Source of the DNA: Octopus vulgaris
Lineage: Eukaryota
Direction: 5' to 3'
NCBI GenBank assembly: GCA_951406725.2
Contig: OX597822.1
Coordinates: forward strand, 85,312,001 to 85,376,000
DNA: 64,000 nt
Shown: piece by piece, positions 58,339 to 64,000 of the stretch
Numbering within the stretch: position 1 is the first letter of the stretch
Layout: each line of letters begins with the position of its first letter
Notes under the pieces: generated by a model
Databases searched by the model: none
Told to the model about the DNA's origin: nothing
What the model saw: only the letters and a program-made list of their open reading frames with translations
Made by a program: the position numbers and the translations under genes

Positions 58339-58636
58339 TGTGTGTGTGCGTCTGTGTGCTTATGCATGTGTGTGAGAAACACAGGCTGTGCAGTTCCACA
58401 GTTTCTATCTAGTAAAGTCTGTTCTCAAAGTATTGGTCAACCCGACGCTATAGTAGAAAGATAATTCGCCGAACCAAGGCGCCACACTGTCAGATTGAAC
58501 CCGGGACCACATTATCTGTGAAGCAAACCTCTTAACCACGCTCCCATATTATATTACGGAACACCAAACTCGTGTTTCTGCTTCGTAAGTTTCTGAAAAC
58601 ATGAAACTATTTTATTTTCTATCTTTTTCTTTCTTC

Positions 58637-58679
<43 letters not shown>

Positions 58680-58691
58680 TCCGTCTTTCCT

Positions 58692-58730
<39 letters not shown>

Positions 58731-59309
58731 GTCTTTCTTTCTTTCTTTCTTTCTTTGAGGGACAGTTGATAATCAAGTTATTGCTGTTGGCATTGTGTAG
58801 CCCCAGGTCAGCCTCTGTGGAATTTAGCCATGATCAAAAAGACTTTCAGCTATTTTTAAACATCGTCTACCTTGGAGTAAAAGGCACACTATGTTCTTTC
58901 TTCATTTATTTTATTTTTTATTTTTTATTTTATCTTGCTTTTTTTTCATCAGTTTGAGGAAAATTCGACCAGATAGACAGATGGACAGATAGACAGACAG
59001 AGACAGAGAACGTATTTACGTATGGTTTTTTTTTTTTGTGAGAGTTATTTAAATTCTTCTTGAGAGAGTTCAAGCCTGTCGGGGCTAACAAAGCGACAAG
59101 ATTCGGGGTTAAGGGAGTTCTCGGCGTTTGTAAATATGTGTCTGAGTTGGTGTGTTGGGTGAACTGTTGAGGCTGACACCCACGGTTTGTAGGCTTTTAT
59201 GTATGCATGTATGCATGTGTGTATGCTTGTATGTATGTATGTATGTATGTATGTATGTATGCATGTGTGTATGCTTGTATGTATGTATGTATGTATGTAT
59301 GTATGTATG

Positions 59310-59360
<51 letters not shown>

Positions 59361-59716
59361 ATGCATGTATGTATGTGTGCATGTATGTATGCATGTATAC
59401 ATGTATGTATGTATGTATGTATGTATGTATGTGTGTATGTTTGTATGTATGGATGTATATATGTATATATATATATATGTGTGTGTGTATGTATGTATGT
59501 ATGTATGTATGTATATATGTGTGCATGTATGTATGCATGTATGCATGTATGCATGCATGTATGTATGTATGTATGTATGTATGTATGTATGTATGTATGT
59601 ATGTATGTATGTGTGTATGTATGTATGTATGTATGTAGGTAGGTATGTATGTATGTATGTGTGTATGTATGTATAGGCAAATTTAATTCAGGTACTCAAT
59701 ATAGCACTTACAAGAA

Positions 59717-60058
59717 GGGTGCGAGTTGGCAGAATCGTTCTTAGTTCAAATTCCGCCGAGGTCGACTTTGCCTTTCATCCTTTCGGGGTCGATAAATTAA
59801 GTACCAGTTACGAACTGGGGTCGATATAATCGACTTAATCCGTTTGTCTGTCTTTGTTTGTCTCTTCTGTGTTTAGTCCCTTGTGGGTACTAAAGAAATA
59901 GGTATTTCGTCTGCCGCTACGTCCTGAGTTCAAATTCCGCCGACTTTGCCTTTCATCCTTTCGGGGTCGATAAACTAAGTACCAGTCGCGTGCTGGGGTC
60001 GATGTAATTGAGTGGCCCCCTCCCCCAAAATTTCGGGCCTCGTGTCTAGAGTAGAAAA
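59717..60058 (+). mobile_element. SINE family B (Nin/Deu-like core), tandem copies
   Basis: GAGTTCAAATTCCGCCGAGGTCGACTTTGCCTTTCATCCTTTCGGGGTCGATAAATTAAGTACCAG present twice. Family recurs near 3650, 3945, 5040, 24690, 33410, 33790, 46020, 46800, 50900, 51170, 52130, 52960 and 62780. Confidence 0.85.
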
Positions 60059-60640
60059 AAATATAGCACTTACAATCTTTATTAATTTATATGATAATCA
60101 ATGGCACTTATTTTATATTCAGGGAGACATGAGTAGTCCTGGAGGAATTCCTTATCATTTATACGTTCATATATCTACACACACACACACACATACACAC
60201 ACACACACACACATAGCCACAATCACATAGCTACACACACATACACACACACATAGATATATGTATATAATACATATGCATACGTATATGTATTTACATA
60301 GATACATACATACATACATACATACATACATACATACATACATACATACATACATACATACATACATACATACATACATACGTACATACGTACCTTCGTA
60401 TCTACGTACATAGCTTTATAAATTGGTCTTGTCAGTTTGTTGTTACTCTGAATTTCGCCTTTGATCTTCAGACAGCACTAAGAGGTAGCAACCAGCTGAC
60501 CAATATAGAATATTATTAATCTCTACTACAGTATGGAATGCTCATTCTTCCGACAGTCATCACTAAACGGGTATATACATATAAATATATAAATAATATA
60601 TACATATGCATATATACATACGCATATGTACATACTTACA

Positions 60641-60674
<34 letters not shown>

Positions 60675-60974
60675 ACAATTTAATAAATAAAACATATGCA
60701 TACATACATACATACATACATACATACATACATACATACATACATACATACATACATACATACATACATACATACATACATACATGTACATACCTACATC
60801 TATATGTATATATACATGCATATATGAGTACAGGACACCACAAATAAACGTAGAACACAACGAGAAACGAAAACAAGGAAACAAACTTTTTTTAACAACG
60901 AAAAAACAGAGTACAAGACATACAACACAAGAAATATTCTCCTTCTTCAGCTGCCCCTGTTTCGACTCATTGCG

Positions 60975-61090
<116 letters not shown>

Positions 61091-61312
61091 CGTTTACGTA
61101 TTTGTTTTGCAAGATTGCTGATGTGAAATCGCGTGTTGAAACAGATATTGTTGTATCTTTTTTTTTCTTGCCAAATAAATACATACGCTGTATAGTGCAA
61201 GTGTTTATCTGGCAAGAAAAAGAAATGACCATCTTAAAATACAACAACATAACAATAGAAAATTAATATTTTTAAATCTAACAACGAGAGATATTCAGCA
61301 ACAGTACTTTGG

Positions 61313-61549
61313 AGTAAAGATTGTTTGCCAACATAACATGGCACTCCTGGTTTAGGATGAATGTTGCTGTAATTTATCCCCAGGAGACATCGACGCGATC
61401 TGTGTCCTTATTTTTCCCCCGCTGTTCGAAAATATAAGGACACAGACCGTGTCGTATATCCAGCCGGAGACGTTTCTCCGGGGGCTAAATTAAAGCAACA
61501 TTAGTCCTAAACCGGGACTACCATGTTATGTCGGCAAACAGTCTTTACT
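61313..61549. mobile_element. Fold-back relic C related to retrozyme-like elements A and B (no HHR retained)
   Basis: Imperfect inverted repeat (61313-61415 vs 61429-61549) carrying ATAAGGACAC..GTGTC, GGGGCTAAAT and CGGGACT..GTTATGT motifs shared with A and/or B. Confidence 0.6.
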
Positions 61550-62011
61550 ACAACATAACAACATATATATATATATATATATAAGCAATAATAAATCTAT
61601 ATGGGGGGTGAGTGTATACGTATATATTACATTACATTATATTATACCATATTATACAATATTATATTTCTATATAGTATAATAACAGTGTTACTGTAAC
61701 TACTATGGATGTAAAAAAACTAATCAAAACAAATAAAAAGGTTGTTGTAAACCACAATATCAAAGGTTGGTAGAAAGTGGGGGAAGAACAGAATAGCTTT
61801 GAGAGGTTTATCAATTTATTTATTTATTCAAAGGAGGAAGGGAGCAGCCATGAACCTTTTCAGAGCTTCCGTGATGGTGGGGGATGCAAAGGAGGAAGGA
61901 CTCTGTTAAAGGTCCCACCCCCAAGCACCAGGTGGAGCTCATAAACTTAGTGACAGATTAAATCTACGTCAGATAGGGATGGGAGTCAGTTTTAATCGAA
62001 CATTATAAATA

Positions 62012-62168
62012 GGCACAGGGAGGGGGGGCTGTGTGGTATGTAGCCTGCTTTCCGGGTTCAGTCCCACTGCGTTGCACCTTGTGCAAGTGTCTTCTACTAT
62101 AGCCTAGGGCTGACTAAAGCCTTGTGAGTGGATTTGGTAGACAGAAACTGAAAGAAGCCCGTCGTATG

Positions 62169-62236
<68 letters not shown>

Positions 62237-62613
62237 TGTATGCATGCATGCATGCATGTATGTATGTATGTATGTATGTATGTTTGTATGTATGTATGTA
62301 TGTATGTATGTATGTATGTATGTATGTATGAATGCGTGTGTATATGTTTATCCGTCTATCCCCCCACTATCGCTTGATAACCTATGTTGGTGTGTTTATG
62401 TCCTCTTAACCGATAGAATAAGTACTAAGCTTGCAAAGAATAAGTCCTGGGGTCGATTTGTTCGACATAAAGGCGGTGCTCCAGCATGGCCGCAACCAAA
62501 TGACTGTAACAAATGAAAGAATAAAAGAATACACACACACACACACACACATGCGCATATACTCTTTTACTCTTTTACTTGTCTCAATCATTTGACTGTG
62601 GCCATGCTGGAGC
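62012..62613 (+). mobile_element. SINE family A plus tail-to-tail inverted 3' fragment (62560-62613)
   Basis: Match to family A. Inverted tail tactcttttacttgtctcaatcatttgactgtggccatgctggagca. Confidence 0.8.
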
Positions 62614-63066
62614 ATGGTCCAGCTCGCTTCCCTTTGTTTATCAAGCAAGAAAGTGAAGACGAATGCGATAACGGATGGATGTGAACTCGGAATGTAAACA
62701 CCATTTAGTTTCATGCTTTTACTGTTTCGACACGTACATATCGATTATTGATTTAACAGAAATGATTTTTACCACAGGTACATGACAGCAAATTGTGAAG
62801 GACGTGAGGTGTCGGGGGTGAAGTAACAGTCGATTATCGATCTCAGCTATTTGATTGGTATTTATTTTATTCATCTAGGTAGGATGAATATCAAAGCCAA
62901 CTTATAACCGCACGAAGAAATGACACTAAATGCTTGAAACCATTTATTAGGATGCTCTGCTGATTCTGTCTAGATTTTTGAAGCTAGAACTACGTCGTAT
63001 GAGCATCGGATTGAAAGAGTGCTTGAGTCTGGTAAATGCCAGATTTTATGGGAATGTCTTATTTAA

Positions 63067-63286
63067 CCCTTTGACATTCAGATTATTCTGTCAAATGTAA
63101 AGCTTATGTATTCACACCCTGTAAAATTAATCTTGCATCATTTCATGGCTTTGAGATTTCAATGATGTGATTGTTTATTTTTAAAATGACACAATAAGAT
63201 AGCTATGAATGACCATATCTGACTAGTTTGAACATAAAATAGGTAGAATATTTTGGCCGGATATGGCTGGTTTAAACACTAAAGTG
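63067..63286. mobile_element. piggyBac-type MITE
   Basis: TTAA-CCCTTT...AAAGTG-TTAA termini, about 220 bp, non-coding. Confidence 0.7.
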
Positions 63287-64000
63287 TTAAACGGACAAGA
63301 AGCTAGAAAATGAAAAGCCAGAAGTAACAATAATAGACAAGAAGAAGCAAAGCTGATCCGTCTAGTCGGTTTGATTCCAGGAGTGTAAAGAAAGAAGACG
63401 AAAAAAATTTTTTAATTGTGTTATGTCTGGGGAGAGTCATTCTCTTTTAGTGCCTTATAATTTAACATACTCACCGGTAAAATTTCCATTCATTTCCTTC
63501 TTTACTTTTTTTCAAGTCTTCGTTGCGTCTTGCAAACTTTGCAGTAGTTTTGACTCTGTCCGCTACACTGTGTTCCTTTTAGTTTGTTTGTGCGCATGTG
63601 TGTGGGTTAGCGTGTGTGTGTGTGTGCATACACATGCATGTATGTATGTATGCATGCATGTGTGTGTATTCATGTATGTGGGTGTGTGCATATGTATATA
63701 TGTATATGTGTGTGTGCATTTGTATGTATTCTGTATATTCATGTGTTTGCGTGTCCGTGTGTGTGTGTGTGTGTATGTGTGTGTGTGTGTATGTGTGTGT
63801 GTATGTGTGTGTGTATGTGTGTGTGTGTCCGGTTACGTGTTTCAGTCTTCATTTCCTTAGAACTCATTCTATCGGTTACGGGTACATAAACACACCAACA
63901 TTTAAAGTTTGAAATTGCAAGAATTTGGAATATGAAAAACTGTAACGGTTGTGCCTATAATAATAAATGGTGCATAAGGAATTGTAGGTAAAGATATAGA

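Overview
Eukaryotic, AT-rich, microsatellite-saturated genomic DNA. The SINE families and repeat landscape suggest a coleoid cephalopod, most likely Octopus (inference). One host protein-coding gene is supported: a two-exon Ptf1a (bHLH) on the minus strand (exon 1 CDS 47620-47176, 15,057-bp intron, exon 2 CDS 32118-31925; 212 aa) with both C-terminal RBPJ/Su(H)-binding motifs, a TATA/CCAAT promoter and several enhancer-like islands. Nearly all other ORFs are microsatellite artefacts. The rest is transposon debris: three SINE families; CR1, RTE, HERO and Penelope relics; mariner, Merlin, Tigger and piggyBac-type elements. The most unusual signal is a set of non-coding hammerhead-ribozyme (HHR) elements. 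Two retrozyme-like inserts (13491-14230 and 38259-39061) are built from circularly permuted ~340-360-nt monomers with a type I HHR on a long rod-like stem. They share a second conserved RNA module that also occurs in a third relic (61313-61549). Several further fold-back elements carry HHR variants, including a U3-A8 covariant core. These elements are integrated as inverted pairs with 3' ends facing outward, usually inside (TA)n/(CA)n tracts, which points to Penelope-driven mobilisation of small, probably circular, ribozyme RNAs. All structures were read by eye; no folding software or database search was run.
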